NCBI RefSeq assembly: GCF_036365525.1
Contig: NC_090418.1
Span: forward strand, 7,480,304-7,544,303
DNA: 64,000 nucleotides
Direction: 5' to 3'
Source: Heterodontus francisci
Lineage: Eukaryota
Shown piece after piece: positions 22,510 to 34,258 of this stretch (positions are counted from its first letter, which is position 1; every line of letters begins with the position of its first letter). Under the pieces are notes generated by a model. The model was not told where the DNA came from and ran no database searches. It worked only from the letters and a program-made list of their open reading frames with translations. The translations under genes and the position numbers were made by a program.

Positions 22510-22845
22510 AAAAATGTAAGACCTGCATTTGTATAGCACCTTACGCAACCTCAGGGCATCCCAAAGCACTTCACAGCCACCGAAGTACCTTTTTGAAGCG
22601 CGGTCACCGTTGTAATGTAGGAAACGCAGCAGCCAACGTGCGCACAGCAAGATCCCACAAACAGCAGTGTGACAATGATCAGTTTTCGTCATGTGGGTTG
22701 AGCCATAAAAACATTGGCCCCAGGACACTGGGGAGACCTCCCCCCCCCCCCCCCACTCCCTACTCTTCTTCGAAATGGTGGATGTGGGATCTTTCCATTT
22801 GCGAGGCCGGGTAAGTGCCTCAGTTTAACGTCTCATCCGAAATAT
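22510..22845 (-). mobile_element. Deu-domain SINE 3' part with L2-like tail
   Basis: TGCATTTGTATAGCACCTT..AAGCACTTCACAGCC..CAAGATCCCACAAACAGCA..GTTTAACGTCTCATCCGAAA. Confidence 0.7.
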
Positions 22846-24384
22846 CATCAGATTGTATAAACAAGTCTGTGGGGGGGGGGGGATTTTAACCCCCGCCCCA
22901 CCTCCAACCCCCCCAAACAAAATGACCGTGTTTGGGTTGGGTGAGAAGTCAAAATGTTCAAAATATGAATCTCAACCCCAACCCGCTTCCAACAGTTCCC
23001 ATTTTAATGGAGGTGGGGACCGGCGCTGGCAACTAGCTGTTTGCAGGAGGTGGGTTGGCAATTTAAATATTATAATGAGCCTGTCTGCCTCAAATTTAGC
23101 TACCATTTTAAATTCAACCGTGGCCAGCCGTGTTTTCCAGACCTCAGGAAACCCAGCAACCTAAAAGGTGAGGACTGCTGGATCCAAGAGGTAAGTGCCA
23201 GTCTAGCTGCCTCGCCATCCTCCACAATCGGACACCCCCTACCCTTCTGATCTCCACCATGAGCCCAATATGTCTATATACTTACAAGTAGGATATCCAA
23301 TAGGATCTGCAAAGTACCAGTCAATCCGAATGAACTCTCAGCAGGGAATACCAAAACAATTATGGAATGTGATCCTATTTATACACCTCGGTGAACAGCA
23401 TCAGGTGACGTGCTCCGAACCAATCAATTCTGAGATTACTGCCATGTGATCCCCATCTGCTAAATGCTACCACACCAGTAGATGGCAATGTTGACTTCCA
23501 ATCTCATTATCCTTTATGTAGAAGATAGAATAATGTTGCAAGGTGATAAGCATTACGCCTTAACAGTTGAAATCTACCCCTGTTGTCTCCAGACTAGCTA
23601 ACGTTCTTTGCACAGGACCTTTGTTGCGTCTTAGCTTGCGTTCACCTGACACCTCCTGTTTACTGATCATTGCCCCACAGAATCCCAATGAGTTAATGTA
23701 GATCAAGTGTTCACCCCTAACAGTCGGAATATATCCACATAATGCAAAGGTATTAATACAGACTTCTGTGTACTGTTAACCTATATTCTCCTGGTATGTT
23801 GTACACCACCCGACTAGCTGACTTGAACTCCTTATCTGAGATATTGCCGCCTCATGCATTAATTGCCCAAGGAAGACAGGGGAAATTAACCCCATAAGAA
23901 GCGAGGACTGCTGCTGCAGTTTCTTCACAGATTATATTTGTTTCAAACAGTGCCAGGTCCGTGAACCACACCTCCTGTAAATATATTTCTGTTGTGACAA
24001 GCACTTACAGTGAAAGTCTTGTTGTGCGACCAAGCCGTCTCGTGCAGGGTAAATTCCAAAAGCTATGGTTTATTTTTTAAAAAAGGACACATGAAAAATG
24101 AAATTCTCATTATCTATCTGTCTGTCTATCTATCTGTCTATCTTTCCATCTATATCTCTATCGTCTATCTATGTATCATCTATTTGTTAATTTACATAAC
24201 CATCCAATTTACATAATAGCCAGCTTTATATAGCTTTTTCATTTACATAACTGTCCATCTTACAGCTTCCGATCTGCTCCATCACATCATCAATTCACCT
24301 CCAATGTGCCTGTTCTTATTGAATCCATTAATCTCTCTCACCCTGGCTGTTTCTCACTTTACCGTCCCTATCTTTTGTTAATTT

Positions 24385-25003
24385 GTTCATGAGATGTGGG
24401 CATCGCTGGCCAGGCCATCATTTATTGCCCATCCCTAATTGCCCTTGAGAAGGTGGTGGTGAGCTGCCTTCTTGAACCGCTGCAGTCCATGTGGGGTGGG
24501 TACACCCACAGTGCTGTGAGGAAGGGAGTTCCAGGATTTTGACCCAGCGACAGTGAAGAAACGGCGCTACAGTTCCAAGTCAGGATGGTGCGTGGCTTGG
24601 AGGGGAACTTGCAGGCGGTGGTGTTCCCGTGCATCTGCTGCCCTTGTCTTTCTAGGTGGTAGAGGTCGCGGGTTTGGAAGGTGCTGTCGAAGGACCCTTG
24701 ATGAGTTGCTGCAGTGCATCTTGTAAATGGTGCACACTGCTGCCACTGTGCGTCGGTGGTGGAGGGAGTGAATATTTAAGGTGGTGGATGGGGCGCCAAT
24801 CAAGGGGGCTACTTTGTCTTGGATGGTGTCGAGAGTCTTGAGTGTTGTTGGAGCTGCACCCATCCAGGCAAGTAGAGCGTATTCCATCACACTCCTGACT
24901 TGTGCCTTGTAGATGGTGGACAGGCTTTGGGGAGTCAGGGGGTGAGTTACTCGCCTCAGGATTCCCAGCCTCTGACCTGTTCTTGTAGCCTCAGTGTTTA
25001 TAT
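24385..25003 (-). mobile_element. LINE 3' fragment (same family as 1872-3075)
   Basis: MEYALLAWMGAAPTTLKTLDTIQDK and the family tail. Confidence 0.9.
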
Positions 25004-25311
25004 TTACATTTTTTTAAAATACAGTGTATTCATCCAAGCAAAAAAAAGGGGGTCTCAGGCAGTATACTAATGAAGTAGATTTAATGTTGTTTCCTCGTAG
25101 ACCATAAAAAATAAGCAATTTGTTAGCTTGTTTCAGTAATTGATAAACACCTCACACCCGTTATGCAGGAAAGTCTTTGATCCCTTCCTGACTGTGAACA
25201 GTGAGAGACAAAGCACAGACACAGTCTTGAAATAGGCAGCAAGCGGCTCAAGGAGACAGCTCAAGGCTGTGTGAAACATCAGAATGCGGGGCAGTTATTC
25301 TGTTTAAGTTA

Positions 25312-25367
25312 AATAAAGCAACCCACTGATGTGGGGGAGCATAGTGTGTCCATTGTATTGATTTATT
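25312..25367. terminator. Convergent polyadenylation signals (+ AATAAA 25312-25317; - AATAAA 25367-25362)
   Basis: First canonical hexamers I could find downstream of the PILRA-like stop (+) and of the PLAC8-like stop (-). Confidence 0.45.
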
Positions 25368-25619
25368 GAATAATGTTGAACTGATTGAACAAAGTGAATC
25401 TTATTATAACTATTTTTCTGCATGTTCTACCACAGTGTAATACAGCACATTAACAACTCGTAACTGTCTGTTTTCACCAAATGCTTGTTCAGTCTTTCAG
25501 AGAAGAAAGTATGCAAAAGATATAAATGTGAGGCCCATTTACTCTTGGATATAATAGTTGCACCCTTGGACCACACTACAAATAGATAAAGCCCAGATAG
25601 ACACCAGTCAGATATTTCT

Positions 25620-26205
25620 GTGAGGGAGAGGGACTGAGAGACACCAGTCAGTGTACAGATATCACCCTGAGAGAGAGGGACTGAGAGACACCAGTCAGTG
25701 TACAGATATCACCCTGAGAGAGAGGGACTGAGAGACACCAGTCAGTGTACAGATATCACCCTGAGAGAGAGGGACTGAGAGACACCAGTCAGTGTACAGA
25801 TATCACCCTGAGAGAGAGGGACTGAGAGACACCAGTCAGTGTACAGATATCACCCTGAGAGAGAGGGACTGAGAGACACCAGTCAGTGTACAGATATCAC
25901 CCTGAGAGAGAGGGACTGAGAGACACCAGTCAGTGTACAGATATCACCCTGAGAGAGAGGGACTGAGAGACACCAGTCAGTGTACAGATATCACCCTGAG
26001 AGAGAGGGACTGAGAGACACTAGTCAGTGTACAGATATCACCCTGAGAGAGAGGGGCTGAGAGACACCTGTCAGTGTACAGATATCACCCTGAGAGAGAG
26101 GGACTGAGAGACACCAGTTAGTGTACAGATATCACCCTGAGAGAGAGGGGCTGAGAGACACCAGTCAGTGTACAGATATCACCCTGAGAGAGAGGGACGG
26201 AGAGA
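25620..26205. repeat. 47-bp minisatellite (GAGAGACACCAGTCAGTGTACAGATATCACCCTGAGAGAGAGGGACT), ~12 copies
   Basis: Period 47 (25683 to 25730), almost perfect copies. Confidence 0.97.
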
Positions 26206-26242
26206 CCCCAGACAACACCAAACACCAGCCACAGTCCCATTA

Positions 26243-26578
26243 GGGTGGCGCAGTGGTTAGCACTGCAGCCTCACAGCTCCAGCGACCCGGGTTCAATTCT
26301 GGGTACTGCCTGTGTGGAGTTTGCAAGTTCTCCCTGTGTCTGCGTGGGTTTCCTCCGGGTGCTCCGGTTTCCTCCCACAAGCCAAAAGACTTGCAGGTTG
26401 GTAGGTAAATTGGCCATTATAAAAATTGCCCCTAGTATAGGTAGGTGGTAGGGAAATATAGGGACAGGTGGGGATGTGGTAGGAATATGGGATTAGTGTA
26501 GGATTAGTATAAATGGGTGGTTGATGGTCGGCACAGACTCGGTGGGCCGAAGGGCCTGTTTCAGTGCTGTATCTCTAA
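26243..26578 (+). mobile_element. V-SINE (HE1-like)
   Basis: GGTGGCGCAGTGGTTAGCACTGCAGCCTCACAGCTCCAGCGACCCGGGTTCAATTC head and CR1-like tail. Confidence 0.9.
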
Positions 26579-26846
26579 AAACTAAAAGAAAACAAGGAGG
26601 AGGCTTAGTCTAGTTATAGAAGTGACTAAAAACAGCAGAACCCAAGAAAAGACCTCTCAGCCGACCTAATCCACAGCAGGCAGTTCCTTCTTAACGACAG
26701 GCCAGGGAGCTCCAGTTGTAGCCTTTCTTGTTTAGTAATTGCATTGAATGTAACCTCTAATCAATCAATCGTCAGCATAATTAATAATTTATCAGTGCCA
26801 TGACATTGCTGTGCCCCTCTTGCCTGCCTGCAATGGTTCTTATGGT

Positions 26847-27083
26847 TCATTTTTGGGGATAGGGTGGGACTTGGCTTGGAGCATGTTGGTAAGGAGGCTG
26901 GACGGCATAGGCAGGCTGGGGGACGTAGTTGGGTTGGGGCACATAGGTCGGGTGTGGAAGTATGGTCGTGCTGGCATTGACGACAGTCACAGTACTCTTC
27001 CGTGCCTTCATTTCCCGTGCAAGTTGGCACCAGCCGCAGCAGTTACACCAGTACATGATGCAGCAATCATTAAAGATGGAGCC
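26847..27083 (-). CDS. PLAC8/cornifelin-family (ponzr-like) protein, last coding exon
   Basis: Acceptor CTTTTCGACACCCAG, phase 0; GSIFNDCCIMYWCNCCGWCQLAREMKARK followed by a Pro/Tyr/Gln tail and stop. GS..D......C..C..CQ.ARE is the PLAC8 C-terminal motif. Confidence 0.92.
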   Translation of the reverse strand, partial: GSIFNDCCIMYWCNCCGWCQLAREMKARKSTVTVVNASTTILPHPTYVPQPNYVPQPAYAVQPPYQHAPSQVPPYPQK

Positions 27084-27364
27084 CTGGGTGTCGAAAAGAC
27101 AAGAGAGAAAGAAATGTATTTATCGGTAATGAGACATTCATGATTTACCCATCTTTAACCCACTTATTCAATTCCCCCACGCCAAACCTGTGCTCAAAGT
27201 GAAAAAGGTGCCAGGATTTTTTTGTTTCGGGGGGGGGGGGGGGGGGCGAGGACGGGGATTTTTATCATTCCTGCTTTTATTCCAGCCAATCTTCTCTGTC
27301 CCACTTTTCCAACTTCATCTCCGTCATGGTGCCATAAAACAATCAACTGTTATAAAAAAAACCA

Positions 27365-27525
27365 TCTGGTTCACTAATGTCCTTTCGGGAAGGAAATCTG
27401 CCATCCTTACCCGGTCTGGCCTACATGTAACCCACACTCTCAAAATGCCACTCATTTGTCAAGGGTAATTAGGGATGGGCAGCAAATGCTGGACTTGCCA
27501 GCGATGCCCACATCCCATGAGAAAA
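27365..27525 (+). mobile_element. SINE-like fragment ending in the same 3' tail as the 1872-3075 LINE family
   Basis: CTGGTTCACTAATGTCCTTT..GGAAATCTGCCATCCTTAC..AGGGATGGGCAGCAAATGCTGG..GCCCACATCCCATG. Confidence 0.6.
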
Positions 27526-28153
27526 CAAAAATATAAAGACTTTGAAGCCACCACCAAGTGCCAGGGTCTCACCTGGCAAGACTCCCTCTCCAGCAGTACG
27601 TGCCAGGCTCCAACATTACGATGCCCAGGCTTTGTGATTCCCTGGTGACTTCGAGGTTCCTGGGCTGGATTGAGAGAGTCACAGAAGCCTAGGAGTCAGA
27701 ATGAGAGAGACGGGCGAAGTCGCAGACCAGAAGGAGAATGTCACGGATAGTTCAGAAATGTAAGGAAAATTGGGACGAACTATTGAAGATTGCAATAGTT
27801 GTGAGCGTAAGAGAGAATATTTTTGACACAGGGATGTTGAATGCCTGACCAGAAAGAGTGGGGGAGCAGAAACCATAACAAAATGGACGTTTAAAGGGAG
27901 TTTTGAACTTCCCGCCCATTTTAAAAGCGGTGAAGAAATATTTGGCTGGGAAAGAACTTAAAGGGGGTGGTGGAAAGAGCAAGGGAATGGGACTGAGGGG
28001 ACGGAGCCAGCATAGCACGGATGGGCCGAATGGCAAAGGAGTATGGAACTAAGCGAAGAGCTGGCACAGAAGTGAGGGGCTGGATGGCCGATGCGACAGG
28101 ACTTAATCTGCATCTCCCCCCGGACCCACACAGAGCGCACACTTTACACTTAC

Positions 28154-28335
28154 CGGAATGCCATGCCTCTCACGCAGAGCGACTCGCATCGCGAGGGAGA
28201 TTGGTGGAATCGCCCCCGAGCTGACGTAGCCACAACCATTGCAGGTTGTGTCCAGCAACGGGAGGCAGAGACATTCCCCGAACTGATCCGCTGTCTTGCA
28301 CATAAAGCACGGCATACACCAGACTGCACAGCAAC
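28154..28335 (-). CDS. PLAC8/cornifelin-family protein, middle coding exon
   Basis: Acceptor GCTCCCCAG, donor CCG|GTAAGT; 182 nt, phase 1 to 0; CCCAVWCMPCFMCKTADQFGECLCLPLLDTTCNGCGYVSSGAIPPISLAMRVALRERHGIP. Confidence 0.93.
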
Positions 28336-28519
28336 CTGGGGAGCACAAAGGACAAAGGCAATGGGTATTTGTTTCAGGGTACGCTCACATGCTACAACTG
28401 TTCCACCACAGGATACTGAGGTCAGGAGGTTTGCTTTTTGTACTGGCAATGTCATTCATCGGTATGTGAGCCTTGCCTCCTATCGAGGTGGCTCGGAACG
28501 TCTCTCTCACCTCCCACTG

Positions 28520-28820
28520 TGATCACCGTTGCAGGGCAGCCCAATTTGCGCACTGCAAGATCCCACAAACAGCAAGGTAGCAACAGCTACGCATTCTGCT
28601 CTGGTGACGCTGGTTCACAATATTCACCCAGGACTCCAGGGAAGAACCCCGCTTTCTCTTCTTCAAAATGGCACCGTGGGATCCTCGACGTCCATCTGAG
28701 AGGGCAGACGGGGCCTCGGTTTAGCGCCTCGTCCGAAAGACGGCGCCTCCAGCACTCCCTCGGTCTTCGGAGTGGGACTTGAGCCCACAGCCCTCTGACT
28801 CAAAAGCGTGAGTGACACCC
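28520..28820 (-). mobile_element. Deu-domain SINE fragment
   Basis: CAAGATCCCACAAACAGCA..CTGAGAGGGCAGACGGGGCCTCGGTTTAGCGCCTCGTCCGAAAGACGGCGCCTCC. Confidence 0.7.
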
Positions 28821-28934
28821 ATGACCAGGGGTCTTTGTCTCCTGGGTTGCTCCCAGCAGGAGATTAACGTTTAACACCTGGAGAGTCCTGCCAAGTGACC
28901 CCTGACCCCACCTCGTATTGACCTTGGAGGGAGT

Positions 28935-29397
28935 GCCAGAATGATACCTGGACTCCAAGGGTTAAATTTTGAGTGGAGATTACACAAACCTTGGTTATAT
29001 TCCCTGGAATTTAGAAGATTAAGGGGCGACCAGATCAAAATTTTCAAGATATTACAGGGAACAGATAGGGTAGAAACTATTTCCGTTAATTGGGGGAGTC
29101 TAGGACCAGGGGGCACCGTCTAAAAAAATTAGAGCCAGACCTTTCAGGAGTGAAATTAGGAAACACTTTGACACACAAAGGATGGTAGAGGTTTGGAACT
29201 CTCTTCCACAAATGGCAATTGATGCTGGATCAGTTATTATTTTAAATCTGAGATTGATAGATTTTTGTTAACCAAAGGTATTAAGGGATATGGGACAAAG
29301 GTGGGTATCTGGAGTTAGGTCACAGATCAGTCATGATCTCACTGAATGTCGGAACAGGCTCGAGGGGCTGAATGGCCTCATCCTGTTCCCATGTTCT
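28935..29397 (+). mobile_element. CR1 LINE 3' fragment
   Basis: LYSLEFRRLRGDQIKIFKILQG and tail GGGCTGAATGGCCTCATCCTGTTCCCATG. Confidence 0.85.
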
Positions 29398-30742
29398 TGT
29401 GTACAACAGCCGCTAGTTTAAGAAAGGAGAGATGCCATCAACTTAAAATTGTCTTTATTTTTAAAACAATGACCTAACTTTCATCAAATCTAAGGGGAAG
29501 ATCTGCAGCCCAATCCTTTAACGTCTTTTTCGGACAAGGGTTCGATTGGGTGTTGGGGCAAGCAACAGCATGCCCCATTGCCCCCTCGGATCCCCAAAAT
29601 GTGAACCAGGCAGAGATTGATCAGAGACACTCCTCCTCCTGCCAAGACCATCCCAGGGTGTAAAATCATGCCGGGTTTTGATGGAGTAATGAACATCAAT
29701 TAGTGGAGGATGCAGATCGACGATAATTAGAAAAACAGGCAGAGGTGAAGACAAGGAGAAATCTGTTTACGCAGCGACTTGTTGTGATCTGGAAGCAGAT
29801 GCAACAGTGACTTTCAAAAGGGGGGAAAATGAGACACTCGAAAAGGAATAAAATGCAGGGGCGTGGGGAAAGAAAAGGGAGATGGGTGGGGTTAGTGGGA
29901 CGAATCAGATAGCTCTTTCAAAGGGCTGGCAAAAGGTACAATGGGCCGAGCAGCCTCCTAAAAAAAAATGTTGCTGCATCATTCAAAGATTAACGAGCTG
30001 GATCCTCTGGGCTCCTGAGGGCACTGCCTTCGCACCTGTACATCGGCTGTGTTTGCGAGCACAGTAGGAGATATTTTTAACTCTGTTTTGTAACTGGGAA
30101 ACTGTGAGAGCTTATTGTTTGAGTCAGATGCCTTTGGGCAAATTCAGTTTGCATGTTGTTCCCTGAGGCTCTGGTACATATAGGTCATGCCAGCTACTAG
30201 AATAGTGCTCTGATGTTGGAAGAATTTTAACAACACACCCAATGGAAATTTGCCAGGGCCAGATATGACACAGTCCTAAACCCTTTCTGATTGTGAGCTC
30301 CCTAAAGTTCTCCGGAGAATAATATCGGGAAGGGAGTTAGACCAGTGTTAGCCTGATTCCCACCTCCTGTCTCTTCCGGCTCTCCCTCCGCCATTCGGCT
30401 CCTCGTGCCTGTGCCGGCTCTTTGAAAGAGCTATCCAATCAGTCCCACTCCCCCCTGCTCTTCCCCCACGGCCCTGTAATTTTTCCCCTTCCAGTATTTA
30501 TACAATTCCCCTTTTGAAAGTTGCTGTTGAAGCTGCTTCCACCTCCCGATCAGGCCGCGCGTTCCAGATCACAACAACTCACTGCGTAAACAAATCACTC
30601 TTCTTATCTCACTTGTTTTGCCAAATGTCACAGAGCTGTGTTCTTATTGACCTCACCTGCTAGTAAAAACACTTTCTCCTTATTTACTCTCTCAAAACCC
30701 TTCATGTTTTTTGAACACCTGAATTAAATCTCCCCTTAAGCA

Positions 30743-30935
30743 TTTGATGGGGACAGTGTACAGTCTGTATCTAACCCCCGTGCTGTACCTGTCCTGGGAA
30801 TGTTTGATGGGGACAGTGTAGAGGGAGCTCTACTCTGTATCTAACCCCCGTACTGTACCTGTCCTGGGAGTGTTTGATGGGGACAGTGTAGAGGGAGCTT
30901 TACTCTGTTTCTAACCCCATGCTGTACCTGTCCTG
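30743..30935. repeat. ~70-bp tandem repeat, ~3 copies (TTTGATGGGGACAGTGTAGAGGGAGCT..TGTACCTGTCCTGGGA)
   Basis: Three visible units, the first internally deleted. Confidence 0.85.
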
Positions 30936-31335
30936 GAAGCGATAAAGTGCATGACTGTCTTGGGGAAGTTACATTCCAGTGAGGTCACATACCGCACCTT
31001 AATCAGCCCTGAAGGTATCTTGAAAAATTTTCGTCATGTGATTTTGACATGAAGGAAAGTGTCCTTTTTTTTTTGTGCCAGTTCAGTACGTAAGGAGCTG
31101 AAATCTAGGTCACAGAAATGGAGACACCCGTGGTTGCGCAATCTGTCGCTGAGCAGGCTCAGACTTAATCGTGATGCCCCTGCAGTCAAATAGCCGGCTG
31201 ATTCACTGTCTCCACCTAAGGGCAGCCACTCAGCCTGCGTTGCGGCAGGCGTTGGAACCTTTGAGGTGGTTGAGGGCATTAAAGGAGGTGGCAAAACAGT
31301 TGCGGAGGTGGGGTGGGTAATGTGAGCATACGTAC

Positions 31336-31456
31336 AGATTCCACAGTCCTCACAGCAGTCGAAGATCCCAGAGCTCCAGCCCTTTGGCTGACTGGTGATG
31401 ATGGTGGTGGTGCTGGTGTGCTGCGGCTGGCTCATCACAACAACTGGAGCAGCCAT
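31336..31456 (-). CDS. PLAC8/cornifelin-family protein, first coding exon
   Basis: Acceptor 8 nt upstream of ATG (exon starts at 31464), gacATGG Kozak context, donor T|GTACGT phase 1; MAAPVVVMSQPQHTSTTTIITSQPKGWSSGIFDCCEDCGI contains the W.SG..DC..D motif. Spliced CDS is 540 nt = 179 aa. Confidence 0.93.
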
Positions 31457-31659
31457 GTCGCACCCTGGGAGGAAGAGAAACACGTAGAAGATTAGTCGGA
31501 GCCATGTCCAGAAAGCAGGAAGTGCTGTGTCCTAAACCCAACTAAGCTCAGCTGCTTCATCGAAGACCTTCCCCCTCCCCCAACCCCCCCCCCCCCCACC
31601 ACCACATCACAAGACCAGAGGTGGGGCTGTTCACTGATGATTGTATGAAAACTACATAG

Positions 31660-32060
31660 CGTTTACAGAAACAGGCCATTCGGCCCATCTGCTCCGTGCT
31701 GGTGTTTCTACTCCACGTAGGCCTCTTCATCTCACCCTATCAGCACATCCTTCTATTCCTTTCTCCCTCATGTGTTCATCCATCTTTCCCTCAAATGTAT
31801 CGACACGATTCACCTCAACCACTCCCTGTGGGAGCGAGTTCCACATTCTCACTGGGTCAAGACGTTTCTCCTGAATTCCCGATTGGATTTATTAGTGACT
31901 GTCTTATATTGATGACCCCCTAGTTCTGGTCTCCCCCCCACCCCCCGCCCACAAGTGGAAACATTTTCGTTACGTCTACCCTATCGAAACCCCTTCATGA
32001 TTTTAAGGACCTCTGTCAGGTCACCCCTCAGCCTTCTCTTTTCTAGAGAACAGAGCCCAG
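31660..32060 (-). mobile_element. CR1 LINE 3' fragment
   Basis: ACAGAAACAGGCCATTCGGCCC tail; GTCAGGTCACCCCTCAGCCTTCTCTTTTCTAGAGA encodes SLEKRRLRGDL on the minus strand. Confidence 0.75.
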
Positions 32061-32459
32061 ATCTTCTGTAAGAATCTTTTGACCCATCAACGTCCTATCG
32101 GATGCAACTCAAGTCACAAACAAGTTGGGTGAGGATTGGATGGAGTAATTATGGGGTTCGGGGTACAGTAGCAGCTGAATTTGGGGAACTTGGCAAGCCT
32201 TGATGGAGTTGGCGGTTAAATAGTGTTCAGTTCCATTTGCAACTTCACAGATACTGAAGCAGTCTCTGGACGGTATTTAGGTTTGGGCTGATAGGTGGCA
32301 AGTAACATTGGCGCCACACAAGTGCCAGGCAATGACCATCTCCAACAAGGGAGAATCGAACCATCTCCCCTTGACGTTCAACAGCAAAGGTCCCACCTTC
32401 AACATCCTGGGAGGAAGAAGGACCATGTGACATATGACATCAAACACAAGAGTTTTCAT

Positions 32460-32770
32460 TGACGACCAGGTGGCAATGCCTCGATTTTAAAGCTCACATC
32501 CTTGGGTGCAACTCTCTCCATGGCCTTGCCTCCCCCTATCTCTGCAACCTCCTCCACAACCCTCCAAGATCTCTGCACTCCTCCAATTCCGGCCTCTCGC
32601 CCATCCCCCGATTCCCATCGCTCCACCATTGGCGGCCGTGCCTTCAGCCACCTGGGGCCCTAAGCTCTGGAATTCCTTCCCTAAACCTCTCTGCCTCCCT
32701 CTCTCTCCTCCTTTAAGACGCTCCTTAAAACCGACCTCTTTGATCAAGAATTTGGTCACCTGTCCTAATA
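32460..32770 (+). mobile_element. L2-like LINE 3' fragment
   Basis: Peptide LHGLASPYLCNLL..PPRSLHSSNSGL and GGCCGTGCCTTCAGC..CTCTGGAATTCC. Confidence 0.75.
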
Positions 32771-32929
32771 CTCCTTCCAGGTGAAGCAGCGATTTACTTG
32801 TACCTCTTTCAATTTAATATCCTGTAGTCGCTGCGACAAGGCAGTCTTTGTGTTCTTTCCTCCCCTTCCCCACTTCCCCTGCCTCTGAACTTGCTCACAA
32901 CCCGTCACATCCCAAAGTTTTCCCAGTTC

Positions 32930-33030
32930 TGACAGAAGGTCACAGACCTGAAACGTTAACTCTGTTTCTCTCTCCGCAGATGCTGCCTGACCTGCTGAGT
33001 ATTCCCAGCACTTTCTGTTTTTATTACAGA
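32930..33030 (+). mobile_element. Penelope-like element terminal fragment
   Basis: GACAGAAGGTCACAGACCTGAAACGTTAACTCTGTTTCTCTCTCCGCAGATGCTGCCTGACCTGCTGAGTATT resembles a common shark repeat end; the class assignment is from memory. Confidence 0.45.
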
Positions 33031-33524
33031 TTCCCAGAATTTTGCCTTTGGTGACATTTCTTTGTGTGGCTCTGGCGAAGCGCCATCGAACGTTTTACAA
33101 TTAAGTGCAAGTCCCATTCCTACCAAGTAAACACGTGTCCAGCAGTGGTGAGTCGAAGTTCCGCTCCTGGGATTAGGGAGCCCGTGATCTTAGGCCGACA
33201 CGCCAATGCAGGGCTGAGGGAGCGCCGAATGGGTCATTCCGTTGAGAGAGGCATTAAACTGAGTCCTCTGCCACTGGATGAGAATGATCCCAAGGAATCA
33301 TTTCGGAAAGAAGAGTTCTCCCCATAGCCCCAATCAACAGCCACAAGGAAACAGAGCCCAGGTGAAACAGTTTTTGGGCTCTCACTGTGTACAAATACTG
33401 TGTGAAGCCAGTGAAGGGGTACGTGAAAGACATCCCAGGGTAGATTTTTGTCAACTGGCTTGATAGAAGTGAAAAATGGTGAAGGGGTTTGATAGGGTTG
33501 GCATAGAGAAGATACATCCACTTG

Positions 33525-34258
33525 GAGGGTGTGCGGAGTGCGGGGGAGAGTGGGATTAGACTGGGTGGATATTAAAGGGTGTGGGGAGTGAGGAGGAGAG
33601 TGGGATTAGACTGGGTGGATATTAAAGGGTGTGGGGAGTGAGGAGGAGAGTGGGATTAGGCTGGGTGGGATATGAAAGGGTGTGGGGAGTGAGGGGGAGA
33701 GTGGGATTAGACTGGGTGGATATTAAAGGGTGTGGGGAGTGAGGGGGAGAGTGGGATTAGACTGGGTGGATATTAAAGGGTGTGGGGAGTGAGGGGGAGA
33801 GTGGGATTAGACTGGGTGGATATTAAAGGGGGCGGGGAGTGAGGAGGAGAGTGGGATTAGGCTGGGTGGATATTAAAGGGTGTGGGGAGTGAGGAGGAGA
33901 GTGGGATTAGACTGGGTGGGATATGAAAGGGTGTGGGGAGTGAGGAGGAGAGTGGGATTAGGCTGGGTGGGATATGAAAGGGTGTGGGGAGTGAGGGGGA
34001 GAGTGGGATTAGACTGGGTGGATATGAAAGGGTGTGGGGAGTGAGGGGGAGAGTGGGATTAGACTGGGTGGATATTAAAGGGTGCGGGGAGTGAGGGGGA
34101 GAGTGGGATTAGACTGGGTGGGATATGAAAGGGTGCGGGGAGTGAGGGGGAGAGTGGGATTAGGCTGGGTGGATATTAAAGGGTGTGGGGAGTGAGGGGG
34201 AGAGTGGGATTAGACTGGGTGGATATTAAAGGGGGCGGGGAGTGAGGGGGATTAGACT
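33525..34258. repeat. 50-51 bp G-rich minisatellite (GGGTGTGGGGAGTGAGGGGGAGAGTGGGATTAGACTGGGTGGATATTAAA), ~14 copies
   Basis: Directly visible tandem units. Confidence 0.97.

Noticed and set aside
23260-23990. Non-repetitive-looking stretch that might hide another exon or decayed element (similarly 4150-4700)
   Set aside because: I found no ORF, splice-consistent exon or recognisable motif; a repeat-library search is needed.
25620-26205. CRISPR-like appearance of the regular arrays (also 6470-7510, 35803-36330 and the large satellite)
   Set aside because: Units are head-to-tail with no unique spacers, there are no cas genes, and the context is vertebrate.
26243-26320. tRNA gene (A and B boxes)
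   Set aside because: It is the tRNA-derived head of a SINE and continues into the V-domain and LINE-type tail.
26850-26960. Canonical PPxY WW-binding motifs in the PLAC8-like tail
   Set aside because: The motifs are PxPxY and PPY, not PPxY or LPxY.
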